Shown: positions 20,691 to 31,704 of the stretch, piece after piece
Layout: every line of letters begins with the position of its first letter
Numbering within the stretch: position 1 is the first letter of the stretch
Source of the DNA: a virus
DNA length: 64,000 nt
Virus record (IMG/VR): IMGVR_UViG_3300042402_000989
Location: 2,379-66,378 of that record
Direction: 5' to 3' (one strand)
Notes under the pieces: model-generated
Databases searched by the model: none
What the model was told of the DNA's origin: nothing
The model's input: the letters and a program-made list of their open reading frames with translations, nothing else
Made by a program: the position numbers and the translations under genes

Positions 20691-21980
20691 ATGAGCAAGT
20701 ACGAAGAATACATCAAGAAACCTAATTTTTGTTTAGCACCATGGATACATCTACATGTACTACCTAACGGTTCTACTCAACCATGTTGCATGTGGGATAA
20801 CTACAGTGCAGATAATAAGAATAATCCAAATAGATTTGCTAACATTAATAATTATGATAACGTACATGATCTTTTAAACTCAGAGGGGTTTAACGATCTG
20901 CGTAAAACCTTTGCTTTCACTGATAAAATGGAATTAGCATGTGAGAGATGCTATGATAGAGAGAAAAACAACGGACCAAGCATGAGGAGTTGGTTTAACA
21001 CTACCTTTGCCAACGATGCATCTGTAAAAAGTGTAGAAAACACAACTGCCGACGGTAAGATAACTGATCTAAGTGTACAGTACTTGGATATTCGTTTTGG
21101 TAACATATGTAATTTAAAATGCCGTATGTGTGGGCACGAATTAAGTAGCAGTTGGTATGAAGAAGGCAACAAAATTGCAGAATTAAAGGAATGGCAACAA
21201 AGTAAAGAAAAGTTTGTTCATGTTGATTGTTACGATAAGATAGAACCGTTACTTGGTGATGTAGCAGAAATTTATTTCGCTGGTGGTGAACCAACACTAT
21301 ATCCTGAACACCTAATGATATTGGATAAACTTATCGAGTTAGGTAACACAGACTTAAGTATCAAATATAATTCAAATTTAACAACTTTGAAATACAAAGG
21401 CAGAAACTTTATTGATGTATGGAAACATTTTAAAAATGTTAACATAGGTGCTAGTATCGACGGTATGAATGACACTGTTGAATACATTAGAACTAACTTA
21501 AAATGGTCAGACATCGTTGAGAACTTTAATACAATTAAACGTGACGCACCTCATGTTTGTATTGCACCATCTCCAACAATAGGAATATTAAACATAGAAG
21601 ATTTCCACGAGTTTGAAAAATACGCCATCAAAAATGGATGGTACGACAACATGATGTTCACACTGAATTATGTAATGGTACCATTGGTAATGAATATCTA
21701 TGTGCTACCAATTTGGTATAAAGAAAAAATTATAAAAATTTACCAAGACCATATTATATGGCTAGAAAATGAAAACGTAACAGGTCAATCAGAAAAAATA
21801 CAAGAATTAATCAGTAGGTTAGAAGTTAACAATTATACCGACGACGAAATCGATAATCATATGATTAAATTAGAACAACGTCTCGATATGTTTGATATCA
21901 CTGGTAACTTAAATTGGCGCAAACAAATTCCTCTTGTATACAATATGTTAGAAGAACACAAGCGTAGAAAGGCAAATTAA
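20691..21980 (+). CDS. Radical SAM protein with N-terminal Twitch/SPASM-like domain
   Basis: CNLKCRMC, FAGGEP; N-terminal FCLAPW..PCC..CERC. Confidence 0.9.
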   Translation: MSKYEEYIKKPNFCLAPWIHLHVLPNGSTQPCCMWDNYSADNKNNPNRFANINNYDNVHDLLNSEGFNDLRKTFAFTDKMELACERCYDREKNNGPSMRSWFNTTFANDASVKSVENTTADGKITDLSVQYLDIRFGNICNLKCRMCGHELSSSWYEEGNKIAELKEWQQSKEKFVHVDCYDKIEPLLGDVAEIYFAGGEPTLYPEHLMILDKLIELGNTDLSIKYNSNLTTLKYKGRNFIDVWKHFKNVNIGASIDGMNDTVEYIRTNLKWSDIVENFNTIKRDAPHVCIAPSPTIGILNIEDFHEFEKYAIKNGWYDNMMFTLNYVMVPLVMNIYVLPIWYKEKIIKIYQDHIIWLENENVTGQSEKIQELISRLEVNNYTDDEIDNHMIKLEQRLDMFDITGNLNWRKQIPLVYNMLEEHKRRKAN

Positions 21981-23152
21981 TGGATTCGTTTTGCACAATG
22001 CCGTGGAATGGCATTGAAATAAACACAAACGGACATTTAAGACCTTGCTGTAAATTTGCAGAATCGCAACTTACAGAAGCCGTTAACGGCCGACCATTCA
22101 ACGTATCAACGCATACATTAAATGAATATCTCAACTCGTCTGAACTGCGTAGCATAAAGCAAAAAATGTTAAACGGTGAATATGTGCATGAATGTAGAAA
22201 ATGTTACGAAGAAGAAGATGCAGGTGTTAAAAGTTTGCGACAGCGCAAGAACAGTTCAATCAATGTGCCTATTAAAAAAGTTGAACATATTAATGTTAAA
22301 ACATTAGACATAAAATTAAGCAACTTATGCAATCAAAAATGTGTAATATGCAACCCAGCTGCTAGTAGTATGACTGCTGCTGAAACTGCGATAATACGTC
22401 CAGACAGAATGCAAGGATTCATCGAAGACCAATATAATTGGTATAAGTCTGAACAAATTTGGACTGAAATTTTTGACATTACGTCTGATATTACCCATTT
22501 AGATTTCTATGGCGGTGAACCATGGCTTATTAAAAAACAGTGGGAATTAGTGCGTTATCTAGTAGAAACTGGTAGAAGTAAAAATATATCACTTAACTAT
22601 GCTACAAATGGCAGCGTGTTTGATGATAAATGGTTTACTGACTACTTTTCTAAATTCGATCGAGTTTCTATATTGTTTAGCGCAGACGGTATAGGCGATG
22701 TGTTTGAGTACAACAGGTTCCCAGGTAAATGGAAAGTGTTCGAAAACAATATCATAAAAACAAAACAATATCAATCAAACGGTATAGTGTCCTGGATAGG
22801 AATATCATATACTATTAGTAATTACAGTGCATTTGATATTATTAATAGTTTGAAGTTTTATACTAAAAATAACATAGAAGTGTATTTTAATTCTGTTAAC
22901 GAAAATGAGTATATGATCAACTGTATGCCAGAACCGCTAAAACAACGTTTTTTAAATTATATTAAAGACAACTGGGATAATTCATTTTTAACACTAGACA
23001 ATGTAGATTTTGCATATTTTGAAAAATTGTTAGCAAATAATACTAGCGATATAAATTGGTGGGAAGTTTTTTGTGATGTGACAAAAGGCAAAGATAAATA
23101 TAGAAACAATAATATATTAGACGTAGTGCCAGAATTTAAAGGTTATATGTGA
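21980..23152 (+). CDS. Radical SAM protein with N-terminal Twitch/SPASM-like domain
   Basis: CNQKCVIC, FYGGEP; N-terminal FCTMPW..PCC..CRKC. Confidence 0.9.
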   Translation: MDSFCTMPWNGIEINTNGHLRPCCKFAESQLTEAVNGRPFNVSTHTLNEYLNSSELRSIKQKMLNGEYVHECRKCYEEEDAGVKSLRQRKNSSINVPIKKVEHINVKTLDIKLSNLCNQKCVICNPAASSMTAAETAIIRPDRMQGFIEDQYNWYKSEQIWTEIFDITSDITHLDFYGGEPWLIKKQWELVRYLVETGRSKNISLNYATNGSVFDDKWFTDYFSKFDRVSILFSADGIGDVFEYNRFPGKWKVFENNIIKTKQYQSNGIVSWIGISYTISNYSAFDIINSLKFYTKNNIEVYFNSVNENEYMINCMPEPLKQRFLNYIKDNWDNSFLTLDNVDFAYFEKLLANNTSDINWWEVFCDVTKGKDKYRNNNILDVVPEFKGYM

Positions 23153-23156
23153 CACA

Positions 23157-24431
23157 ATGAGAATTAGCCGTAACGTTTGCAGTAGATTGTGGACTGATAC
23201 TAATATTAGTTTTGCTAAAAAATCAATTAAACACTGCTGTAAACAATCAGATAATATAATAAATTTGGACACAATTGATACTCTGGGTCCTGACGTATTT
23301 GAGAAAAATCAACAAACTATTAACGACAAAAATAGTATGATAGTAAACAACTGTTTACCCGACAGTTGTTTATATTGTAAAGAAAATGATGAACACAGTA
23401 TTAGGCACGTTTGGAATTCGTGGTCTGATGCATTTATTGACCATTATAATACCGAATTGTTAAATTCTAACTTTGTAGAATATTTTGAATTCGATATTGG
23501 TAAAAGTTGCAATTTGGCCTGTATATATTGCGGACCATGGAGTAGCACATCCTGGGCAAAAGAGTTAGGCGAATCGGACGACAGTTCTGATCTAGATCAA
23601 AGCTGGAAAACAAAAATATTAACTCAACTTGCAATATATCTAACTCAACTACCGAAAGATAGAAGAATAGTGTTTAACATTTTAGGCGGTGAACCACTGC
23701 TTATAACCGACACTTATGATATATTAGAATATATTGCAAAGCACTGTGATGATTTTGAAGTCAAACCGCTAGTTATGATTACCACAAACCTTATGGTCAA
23801 GCCTGCGTTAATGGACAGATTGTTAAAAACTGTTAACAGTACTAAAAACAAACTAGAATGGAGTATCGCTATCAGCATAGAAGACATTAAAGATCGAGCT
23901 GAAAAAACCAGATTTCATCTCAATTGGGAACAATTCGAATCGAATGTTAATCTAATCAAAGATAAAGTAGATAAAATTTACTTCACAACTACTTTTAACT
24001 TTTTCAATTACCCGAAATTTGACGAATTTTTAGATTGGGTGTTCGGTATAATGGGATATGCTAATTATGGTACATATTGGAATTTAACTCTTAATGTTGT
24101 GCAAGGCGGGTTTACTGATATTGCATATATGCAAAAAGAGTTTGTTGACCATAACAGATTAAAAAATGAATTTTCAAAACATATAAATCGTGTATTACAA
24201 ACTCCGGGTCATACTGCAACTAAGGTTAAATTAGATTCATTAATAGGAAATTTTAACGAGCATATAAATAACCTATATGCAAGGGCAGGCACTAAAAAAA
24301 TAAACACGCAATTCATTGGTTGGTGGCAACGCATGGATGAACGTAGAAATATGTCCTATTTGGATACATACCCTTTGAATAAAATGCTTTTAGAGCATTT
24401 TTATAACTTTAACCTAGATTTAACAGAATGA
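23157..24431 (+). CDS. Radical SAM protein with N-terminal Twitch/SPASM-like domain
   Basis: CNLACIYC, LGGEP; N-terminal CSRLW..HCCK..CLYC. Confidence 0.88.
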   Translation: MRISRNVCSRLWTDTNISFAKKSIKHCCKQSDNIINLDTIDTLGPDVFEKNQQTINDKNSMIVNNCLPDSCLYCKENDEHSIRHVWNSWSDAFIDHYNTELLNSNFVEYFEFDIGKSCNLACIYCGPWSSTSWAKELGESDDSSDLDQSWKTKILTQLAIYLTQLPKDRRIVFNILGGEPLLITDTYDILEYIAKHCDDFEVKPLVMITTNLMVKPALMDRLLKTVNSTKNKLEWSIAISIEDIKDRAEKTRFHLNWEQFESNVNLIKDKVDKIYFTTTFNFFNYPKFDEFLDWVFGIMGYANYGTYWNLTLNVVQGGFTDIAYMQKEFVDHNRLKNEFSKHINRVLQTPGHTATKVKLDSLIGNFNEHINNLYARAGTKKINTQFIGWWQRMDERRNMSYLDTYPLNKMLLEHFYNFNLDLTE

Positions 24432-25579
24432 TAAAGTTCGAGCAATTAGAAAGAATACATGTAGAGTTAAGTAGCGCATGTAATGCAGCTTGCCCAAGTT
24501 GCCCACGTAATGTTGATGGCGGCTACACTATACCATGGCTTATACCTAAAACAATGTCGTTAGAAGATTTTAAAACAATATTTTCTGCAGAAGTTTTGCA
24601 GCAAGTTAAATTTTTTCTAATGTGCGGTAATTACGGAGACCCAATCTACTGCAAGGATTTACCAGATATTTTAAGTTATATCCGTATGTTAAACCCATCT
24701 ATAGTTTGCAAGATACACACCAATGGTGGTATTAGGAATACTGCATGGTGGTCACAACTGGCAAAATCTAATTCTAACATTCATGTGGTCTTTAGTATTG
24801 ATGGTTTGGCTGATACCAATCATATATATAGACGGAACGTGATATGGGACAGAGTTATAGAAAACGCCCAAAGTTTTATTGACGCAGGTGGTAGTGCTAC
24901 ATGGGAATTTTTGGTATTTGCACATAACGAACATCAAATTGAAGACGCCAGAAGTACTGCAACAAGAATGAAATTCGATAACTTTAAAGTAAAACGACCA
25001 TTTGGGTTTGAATTTTTTCACGAATCTTATAGTACTATGCGTGTTATAGACGAAGATGGCACTTTTGCATACTTTATCAATCAAGCAAGCGATCCCACAT
25101 TACAAAACAAAGCACACAGCATAACACCTGATACAACACGTATGCGGTATGATATGCCTATTAATAAGTTTAAACAAGCAACAGAACAGTTACTGCCACA
25201 TACAACCGAGTATCTAAAAAAAGAGTTAGCTGCATTTTCATATTTAGATGATACTGAAATAAGTTGTATGACTTCTAACAATCGAGAAATTTACGTAGAC
25301 AGCAATGGCGATGTACATCCGTGTTGTTTTCTAGGGGTGGAAAGTCAGTTGCACAACGGCACACCAGATGCATTACAATATCAACACTGGTTAGAAACCA
25401 ACATCAATAAAACAGAAATCAACGCTAAAAATAAGTCGTTAAAAGAAATTGTCAACGGCGAGTTTTTTAAAAAAATAGAAGAAACATGGTTGCATACACA
25501 TGAAAACGGCAGAATGTTGTGTTGTTCAAAGATGTGTGCAAAAAAACCAAAAAATTATACTACTAATTTATATGTTTAA
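24428..25579 (+). CDS. Radical SAM protein with C-terminal SPASM/Twitch domain
   Basis: CNAACPSC, MCGNYGDP; C-terminal C..YVDSNGDVHPCC..CSKMC. Confidence 0.88.
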   Translation: MIKFEQLERIHVELSSACNAACPSCPRNVDGGYTIPWLIPKTMSLEDFKTIFSAEVLQQVKFFLMCGNYGDPIYCKDLPDILSYIRMLNPSIVCKIHTNGGIRNTAWWSQLAKSNSNIHVVFSIDGLADTNHIYRRNVIWDRVIENAQSFIDAGGSATWEFLVFAHNEHQIEDARSTATRMKFDNFKVKRPFGFEFFHESYSTMRVIDEDGTFAYFINQASDPTLQNKAHSITPDTTRMRYDMPINKFKQATEQLLPHTTEYLKKELAAFSYLDDTEISCMTSNNREIYVDSNGDVHPCCFLGVESQLHNGTPDALQYQHWLETNINKTEINAKNKSLKEIVNGEFFKKIEETWLHTHENGRMLCCSKMCAKKPKNYTTNLYV

Positions 25580-25593
25580 AGGTACACACTAAT

Positions 25594-26358
25594 ATGCATC
25601 TGCACAACTATTACACTATGAATAATATACGTGAACAAATGAAAGTTATGTCAGAGACTCCGGACATTATTGTTTCAAGTTTATTACTACAATCGATAAA
25701 TCCTCGAGGAGCAATAGAATTAGGTGCCGGTAGTGGCGGCTGGCCTAAAACACTGTATAAGATAGGGGGTATCGACGATTGTCATTGGATATTGTTTGAA
25801 AACTTCAATTGGATAGAAAATAACTTCAATGATGAAAATTATTACTGGCCGACAGATGAAGCAGATTTTTATAGATTCTTAGAACAAACTGCACCTGGAC
25901 TGAAAACTACCCTAATAAGCCACGACGTTAACACTGTTAAAAACACAAATATTTTGTCACAAACATTAAACTTACATCCGAACTTAGCATTTGATTTGTT
26001 AAGGCTAGATTGTCCAATCGACTGGGACATAATGGAGTATTGCATCAGTGTATTAAGCGACGATGCATTAGTGTTCATTGACGATCATAGAGCAAACTGC
26101 GGTATGCAACGTATCATAATAGGTGTTGATATGGTAAGAAAAGGGCTACTATTCCCAGTTTGGTTTGGTGAAAAAGAAGCTGTATACTGCAAAAATTTAA
26201 ATCGTGCAAATGAATTGAAACGTATAATTACTGATATAATACCTAAATATTATGACAACATTTTCCCTACCAGGCAGCTTCACTATACAATGCCAGGGGA
26301 AACTTGGGAATTTGTTGCAACCACAAGTTTTAAAGTATTTACTACTGGAGACAAATAA
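25594..26358 (+). CDS. Putative methyltransferase-fold protein
   Basis: IELGAGSG motif I-like, FDLLRLD, VFIDD. Confidence 0.55.
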   Translation: MHLHNYYTMNNIREQMKVMSETPDIIVSSLLLQSINPRGAIELGAGSGGWPKTLYKIGGIDDCHWILFENFNWIENNFNDENYYWPTDEADFYRFLEQTAPGLKTTLISHDVNTVKNTNILSQTLNLHPNLAFDLLRLDCPIDWDIMEYCISVLSDDALVFIDDHRANCGMQRIIIGVDMVRKGLLFPVWFGEKEAVYCKNLNRANELKRIITDIIPKYYDNIFPTRQLHYTMPGETWEFVATTSFKVFTTGDK

Positions 26359-26359
26359 A

Positions 26360-27208
26360 ATGCGTATATCGTTAAACGATGTAGATATCGAAATAAAAAA
26401 TTCAAATACAGATTTTACCGATTATTGGATGTCAACTGTTTTTAAATCGACTGATCAAGTATTAGCAGATGTAAACAACGATTATCTACTATCATTGAAA
26501 CAGCAATACGATGCTGCATGGAACAAGCTGAGATCATTGCTAGATACTGTTAACGAACTAATAGTTAAACATCAGCTCGACAATAGCTTAATTTATCGTA
26601 TAGAAAACACACCTTCTACCAGATTTTTAGAATTAACTCACGAACAATGGGCTGCATTTAGCAGCGAAGCATTAGAAAAACACAACAAAAACATATACAA
26701 TCCGGACACAAACGAGATTTACCATCTGTTAAACAATGATTTAAAAAACAAAAATACAAGTACAGATCATATTAATAATATGGTACATACACTGGAATTT
26801 ATCTATAGACATAGTGCAATTCACAATATACGTCTATCTTCTGTTAATTTTGTCTATAACGATTATAAAGTTAAACCTGGTGATACGATATTTGGTCATG
26901 ATTCGCTCGTTGTTCCGTTTATGGATATAGGTAGACCACAATACGAAAAATGGTCTATTAGCGGGCACGTATCTCATAACGAAATAAGCAATTATGATCG
27001 AATTACTAATTATATAGACTTTTACTTCTGTGCACCTAGTAGGATTGTACCAAACCAACAATATATCGAACAATGCAAAACAGAAGACGTACCGGCTTGG
27101 GGTAATGTGTTAAGTATAGGTACTGCAAAGTATCACAATTTTGACGATGTTGGATATTTGTTTGTTAATGCATTAACTACAGATAATTCATTGGGTATTA
27201 AAAAATGA
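26360..27208 (+). CDS. Hypothetical protein
   Basis: ORF with start taken at ATG 26360 after GGAG; no recognisable motif. Confidence 0.6.
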   Translation: MRISLNDVDIEIKNSNTDFTDYWMSTVFKSTDQVLADVNNDYLLSLKQQYDAAWNKLRSLLDTVNELIVKHQLDNSLIYRIENTPSTRFLELTHEQWAAFSSEALEKHNKNIYNPDTNEIYHLLNNDLKNKNTSTDHINNMVHTLEFIYRHSAIHNIRLSSVNFVYNDYKVKPGDTIFGHDSLVVPFMDIGRPQYEKWSISGHVSHNEISNYDRITNYIDFYFCAPSRIVPNQQYIEQCKTEDVPAWGNVLSIGTAKYHNFDDVGYLFVNALTTDNSLGIKK

Positions 27209-28386
27209 CTGTGCGACCATTCTCTAATAAAAGTATAGATGATAAAATTTTTGGTAAAGTCTGGAAACGAGACACATTTAATACAGTTGTATCTGAAAAT
27301 AACTTGTCTGGAAAGTACTGTTCTAAATTGTTTAATTCTATAGAAATAACACACGACGGTAGTTGCTGGTTGTGTTGTCCTGCATGGTTGCCTTATAGGA
27401 TAGGCAATATATTAACTGACGATTTTGAAACAGAAATATGGAACGGTGACAAAGCCAAATTACTAAGAAATCAAGTATTCACTGGAAATTGGCAATATTG
27501 CGATGCAGTATTATGCCCATTTATTTCTAGTAACACGCTTCCGGATTTGTCATCCATTGACAACGATCATCACATTGACGATGAAACCAGAAACACTATA
27601 AAATCACAAAAATTGGAAGCTGAACTACCAGTTATAATATCATTCAGCGAAGACGAAAGCTGTAATTTGCGATGCCCAAGTTGTCGTACAAAGAAAATAA
27701 TGTATGATGAAGGTAGTGAAGAATACAAGCGTAGATTGGAAATTAATCAAAAAATAATAGATACATTTTTGTCTAAGCCTAGTACACGGCAAATGGAAAT
27801 AGTTGTCACTGGTAGCGGCGATCCATTTGCAAGCAAAATCTATAGAACTATGTTGCAAAACATAAACGGTGATATTCTGCCTAATTTACGAGTCAAACTT
27901 TTAACAAACGGTGTAATGTTTACTGAAAAAATGTGGGATAGTTTACACAAAATACATAAAAATCTAGGCCATATACGTATAAGTTTTGATGCCGGTACAA
28001 AATCAACATATGAAAATATTACCAGAATCGGTGGACATTGGGAACAGTTAATCGAAAACGTAATGTTTTTAAATCAACAAAGCAAGACCAATCCTAGAAT
28101 AAAATTAGCATTTGACTTTGTAGTACAAGCTGGTAACTTTAAAGAAATGCCCGAGTTTGTCAAATTAATTAAAAACATATGCGACAACTATTCTAGCATA
28201 AATTTTAGTATGTTAGCAGATTGGGGAACTTGGAACAAAGAAGATTTCGAAAAAAGAACCATAGTTAAACAGAATCACACACAGTATAACGAATTTTTAG
28301 AAGTGTTAAGAGATCCGGTATTAAAAACTGATCGTGTTTACTTAAACAATCTTACGCCATTATATAATCTAGCTAACGGCAATTAA
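27205..28386 (+). CDS. Radical SAM protein with N-terminal SPASM-like domain
   Basis: CNLRCPSC, GSGDPF; N-terminal YCSKLF..CWLCCPAW..YCDAVLCP. Confidence 0.88.
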   Translation: MTVRPFSNKSIDDKIFGKVWKRDTFNTVVSENNLSGKYCSKLFNSIEITHDGSCWLCCPAWLPYRIGNILTDDFETEIWNGDKAKLLRNQVFTGNWQYCDAVLCPFISSNTLPDLSSIDNDHHIDDETRNTIKSQKLEAELPVIISFSEDESCNLRCPSCRTKKIMYDEGSEEYKRRLEINQKIIDTFLSKPSTRQMEIVVTGSGDPFASKIYRTMLQNINGDILPNLRVKLLTNGVMFTEKMWDSLHKIHKNLGHIRISFDAGTKSTYENITRIGGHWEQLIENVMFLNQQSKTNPRIKLAFDFVVQAGNFKEMPEFVKLIKNICDNYSSINFSMLADWGTWNKEDFEKRTIVKQNHTQYNEFLEVLRDPVLKTDRVYLNNLTPLYNLANGN

Positions 28387-28909
28387 TTAATGTAATATTT
28401 AATTGGTCTAACCATTGATTCCAGATTTCAGTTTCTATGTTATTATTCACAATAGGTAATATATAATGATCAATGAATTTGTTTTTTATTTTTTTATCTT
28501 CTATACTGCTTATTCGTTTCCAAAACAATGTAACCTTCATAAAAGTGACGTAATCACACATGTATAGATCGTATACAGAACTACTAGATTTTATTGTAAA
28601 CAGTGTTCGATAAGAATGATCTACTGGTCTATCTAATAGTTCGGGTATGTGCATGTAAGTTTTACTAGTTGCTGCTACTACATAATTTTTGGTATTTATC
28701 AACGCATTTCTTCTTTCATTAAACATTTTTATACCCAAATGCCAATGATTATAAGACACTGAAATTAAGTTTTGGAATCTGTCATTGATTATAATTTGTG
28801 GTGTTATATTAGCATGATACACTTTAATATTTGCGAAGCTTGTCAACGACGCAACACAGTTTTCGTAATCACTACTCTCACCGTAAAAAACAATAGTCGT
28901 CTTATGCAT
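28373..28909 (-). CDS. Hypothetical protein (inverted two-gene cassette)
   Basis: 178-aa minus-strand ORF overlapping the upstream minus gene; no long + ORF in this interval. Confidence 0.55.
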   Translation of the reverse strand: MHKTTIVFYGESSDYENCVASLTSFANIKVYHANITPQIIINDRFQNLISVSYNHWHLGIKMFNERRNALINTKNYVVAATSKTYMHIPELLDRPVDHSYRTLFTIKSSSSVYDLYMCDYVTFMKVTLFWKRISSIEDKKIKNKFIDHYILPIVNNNIETEIWNQWLDQLNITLINCR

Positions 28910-29759
28910 TGAACTCTTTTAATTTTCTATTATAGTTAACGTCTAAATACTGTTGATAGTGCCTATCAATGGACGTAGGATCGAATACATCCAGACTTAA
29001 ATCAGAACTAAGACGTATTATAGAACTTTTAATATTAACATTGTTAACAGCATTATTCCATAGTTCTAAGTTGATTGTGTTTTTTAAACATAATCTATAA
29101 AACAAATCATGCGGATCACTAAACATAGGAACAATTGTTTTATTTGAATTTGCAGTTTTGTCGGTCCCCGAAGCATATCCGATATAATTGATAAGGTCAA
29201 CACCTAACATATCCATTACTACATTAGAACCGCCTACCCAAATGTCATTTATACCTTTCGGTGAAAAAATAGATGTGGGTGTCTCATTGTCGGACAAATA
29301 ATACAATGTACAGTTGTTTTTATGGATATTAGACCATTCACTATTAAAAAATTGCTCTAATAGATTTACTGGATGTACAATGGCGTCAAAACGTTGTAAA
29401 AATACAAAATCATAAAACTCTGGAGTTTCATATTCGTGTTGTTGTTTTAACATGATGCTATCAACGATAGTATGGTATATATTTCTATGGTCGTCTGCGT
29501 GTGAATATTCATCTGAATAATTAATCACTGAGTATTTTTTTGGACTGTATGATTGTATTATATCCGATATTTCGCATTGTGTGATTTCAGTAACTGATGA
29601 ATCTTTGTATTCACCCGTCATCTGATATGATTTAACCGATACAAAATAATCGACTTCAACATTTGGTATATCGTAAAATTTTAATATGTATGGTAAACAG
29701 TATTTCCATGTTCGAGGCTGACCATACATACATACTGCTATTTTTTTATTTTTTTTCAT
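28902..29759 (-). CDS. Putative glycosyltransferase-related protein
   Basis: KIAVCMYGQPRT N-terminus and YDFVFLQRFD motif, seen in GT-like proteins of polysaccharide loci; start taken at ATG 29759. Confidence 0.55.
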   Translation of the reverse strand: MKKNKKIAVCMYGQPRTWKYCLPYILKFYDIPNVEVDYFVSVKSYQMTGEYKDSSVTEITQCEISDIIQSYSPKKYSVINYSDEYSHADDHRNIYHTIVDSIMLKQQHEYETPEFYDFVFLQRFDAIVHPVNLLEQFFNSEWSNIHKNNCTLYYLSDNETPTSIFSPKGINDIWVGGSNVVMDMLGVDLINYIGYASGTDKTANSNKTIVPMFSDPHDLFYRLCLKNTINLELWNNAVNNVNIKSSIIRLSSDLSLDVFDPTSIDRHYQQYLDVNYNRKLKEFNA

Positions 29760-29781
29760 AATGAAACACAACACAGAAATT

Positions 29782-29789
29782 TATTTATA
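29782..29789 (-). promoter_or_regulatory. T4-type late promoter TATAAATA on the minus strand
   Basis: TATTTATA on the + strand, 23 nt upstream of the minus-strand ATG at 29759. Confidence 0.55.
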
Positions 29790-29939
29790 AGTGATGTCTA
29801 CACAACTTAACACCGTCAACCTAATGTTGATAAATACCAGTGATGGAATTGTCAGATGTTACGCAGTGCGAAATCAATTTACTTAATCTTAGATTCATAT
29901 AATATATGACTTTATCTATTTATATTTCATAAAAACCTA

Positions 29940-30704
29940 ATGAAAATATTACATACATTTAACAAAGGAAGATCTAATAGTATTGTTCAATTGGCATCAG
30001 TTGACAATACAGTCGGAGTATATAAAACTAATGTTTCTAATGTCCCCGACGTAGTGCAAAAATGGAATTCATTGCCGTTTAATAAACCCTTATTGCATTT
30101 TCATACCAATGATAGTATATTTATGGAGTATATCCCGGGTATCTCTATAAAAACTTATTTAGAACATGCAACTATCAAAGACTTGGACAGACTAATAGAG
30201 TTTATATCTTCTTATATTGACTACTGTTATGAAAACTCTAATACATTGTTTGATTACAAATACGTAATAGAGTCAAAATTTGAAAATTACAAAAAATACA
30301 TACCCAACGTTACAACATATGATTTTAATACAGTGTTACCAAAATCTATTACGCACGGAGACTTCACCTTAGATAATATATTGTATTATGATAATAAGTT
30401 TTATCTAATAGACATAAGTCACACGGTGTGGGATAGCATATATTTTGATATTAATAAATTAAGACAAGATTTAACTGGACTATGGTTTGTTCGAGACGAA
30501 GATATTAAGCATAACTGGAAAATTTCGTGCGATTATATATACGCTAAGTTGAATGAAAAATACACAGGTTTATTCAATGATGAAATTTACAAGTTAATGC
30601 TGTCGAGAATACTACCTTATAGCAAAATACAAAGTGAAACCGAGTTTTTATTAAAAGAGATTAACAGACTAAATGAAAATAATAATACCTTGCGCTGGTC
30701 GTAG
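29940..30704 (+). CDS. Phosphotransferase (APH/choline-kinase-like)
   Basis: MEYIPG, HGDFTLDNI Brenner motif, YLID. Confidence 0.8.
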   Translation: MKILHTFNKGRSNSIVQLASVDNTVGVYKTNVSNVPDVVQKWNSLPFNKPLLHFHTNDSIFMEYIPGISIKTYLEHATIKDLDRLIEFISSYIDYCYENSNTLFDYKYVIESKFENYKKYIPNVTTYDFNTVLPKSITHGDFTLDNILYYDNKFYLIDISHTVWDSIYFDINKLRQDLTGLWFVRDEDIKHNWKISCDYIYAKLNEKYTGLFNDEIYKLMLSRILPYSKIQSETEFLLKEINRLNENNNTLRWS

Positions 30705-31704
30705 TAGTAGATATCCGGGGTCGAGACCTAAGTATTTGTTAACAATGCCCAATGGCAATTTGATGTTCATGAATGCTGCAATGCAATATTATGGAAAGTA
30801 TCCTATAACATTTGTTATTGTTAAGGAGCATTGCGAAAAGTACGATGCATATAACACTATAAAAAATGTATATGGGGATACAGTTGACATAGTAGTGCTC
30901 GACCATTTTACCAATGGCCCTGCAGAAACAATATATAAAGTAGTTAGTAATTGGGAAGAAGATACCCCTTTTTTAAGTCATGATTGTGATAGTTTTTATA
31001 ATCATACGTTAACTAACGATAATTTTATAACATATATAGATTTAAAAAACTATCCTAATTTAACTAATGTTGCAGCAAAAAGCTTCATTACATTAGAAAA
31101 TAACATTGTTAACAAAATTGTAGAAAAAAGAGTAGTAAGTAATAATATTTGTGTCGGCACTTATAGTTTTAATAGCAGCTTTCGTTATATGAAATGTTAT
31201 GAAAAAATAAGTAAGTCCTCTGACGAAATCTTTTTAAGTCACATTATTAAATTTGATATAGACTATAACAACTCGATTTATAAAGGAATCGAAGTTGAAA
31301 ATTACATTGATTGCGGCACATATCAGGATTATATAAATTATATCAACAAATCTATAACAATTTTTAGTGACATAGATGGTGTTATTTTTGAAAATCAAAG
31401 TAGATATTTTTCTAATAATTACAACACTGAGCCTGATCTGATTACAAATGCAATAGATTTTTTACTACAAAAGCAAAACAATGGCGCTACCTTAGTTTTT
31501 ACGACTAGTAGACCAGAAGAGTATAAAGAAAAAACAAGTGAAATATTATACAGAATTGGATTTAAAAATTTTGTATTAATATGTGGTTTACCACATGCAC
31601 CTAGGATATTAATCAATGATGTAAGTCCATCAAACCCACTGCCGAGCGCAGTTGCGATTAATGTTCCTAGAGATAGTAATGATTTTTGGAAATCAATAAG
31701 ATGA
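30673..31704 (+). CDS. Nucleotidyltransferase (GlmU/LicC-like) fused to a HAD-family phosphatase
   Basis: IIIPCAGRSSRY...PKYLL, HDCD and DCGT; C-terminal FSDIDG, TTSRP and ILIND HAD motifs. Confidence 0.8.
   Translation: MKIIIPCAGRSSRYPGSRPKYLLTMPNGNLMFMNAAMQYYGKYPITFVIVKEHCEKYDAYNTIKNVYGDTVDIVVLDHFTNGPAETIYKVVSNWEEDTPFLSHDCDSFYNHTLTNDNFITYIDLKNYPNLTNVAAKSFITLENNIVNKIVEKRVVSNNICVGTYSFNSSFRYMKCYEKISKSSDEIFLSHIIKFDIDYNNSIYKGIEVENYIDCGTYQDYINYINKSITIFSDIDGVIFENQSRYFSNNYNTEPDLITNAIDFLLQKQNNGATLVFTTSRPEEYKEKTSEILYRIGFKNFVLICGLPHAPRILINDVSPSNPLPSAVAINVPRDSNDFWKSIR

Noticed and set aside
29794-29886. 30-aa ORF (MSTQLNTVNLMLINTSDGIVRCYAVRNQFT) and short TCAAC/GTTGA hairpin in the divergent gap, considered as a RiPP precursor or ncRNA
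   Set aside because: No RBS, it overlaps promoter-like motifs, and the 5-bp stem is expected by chance.
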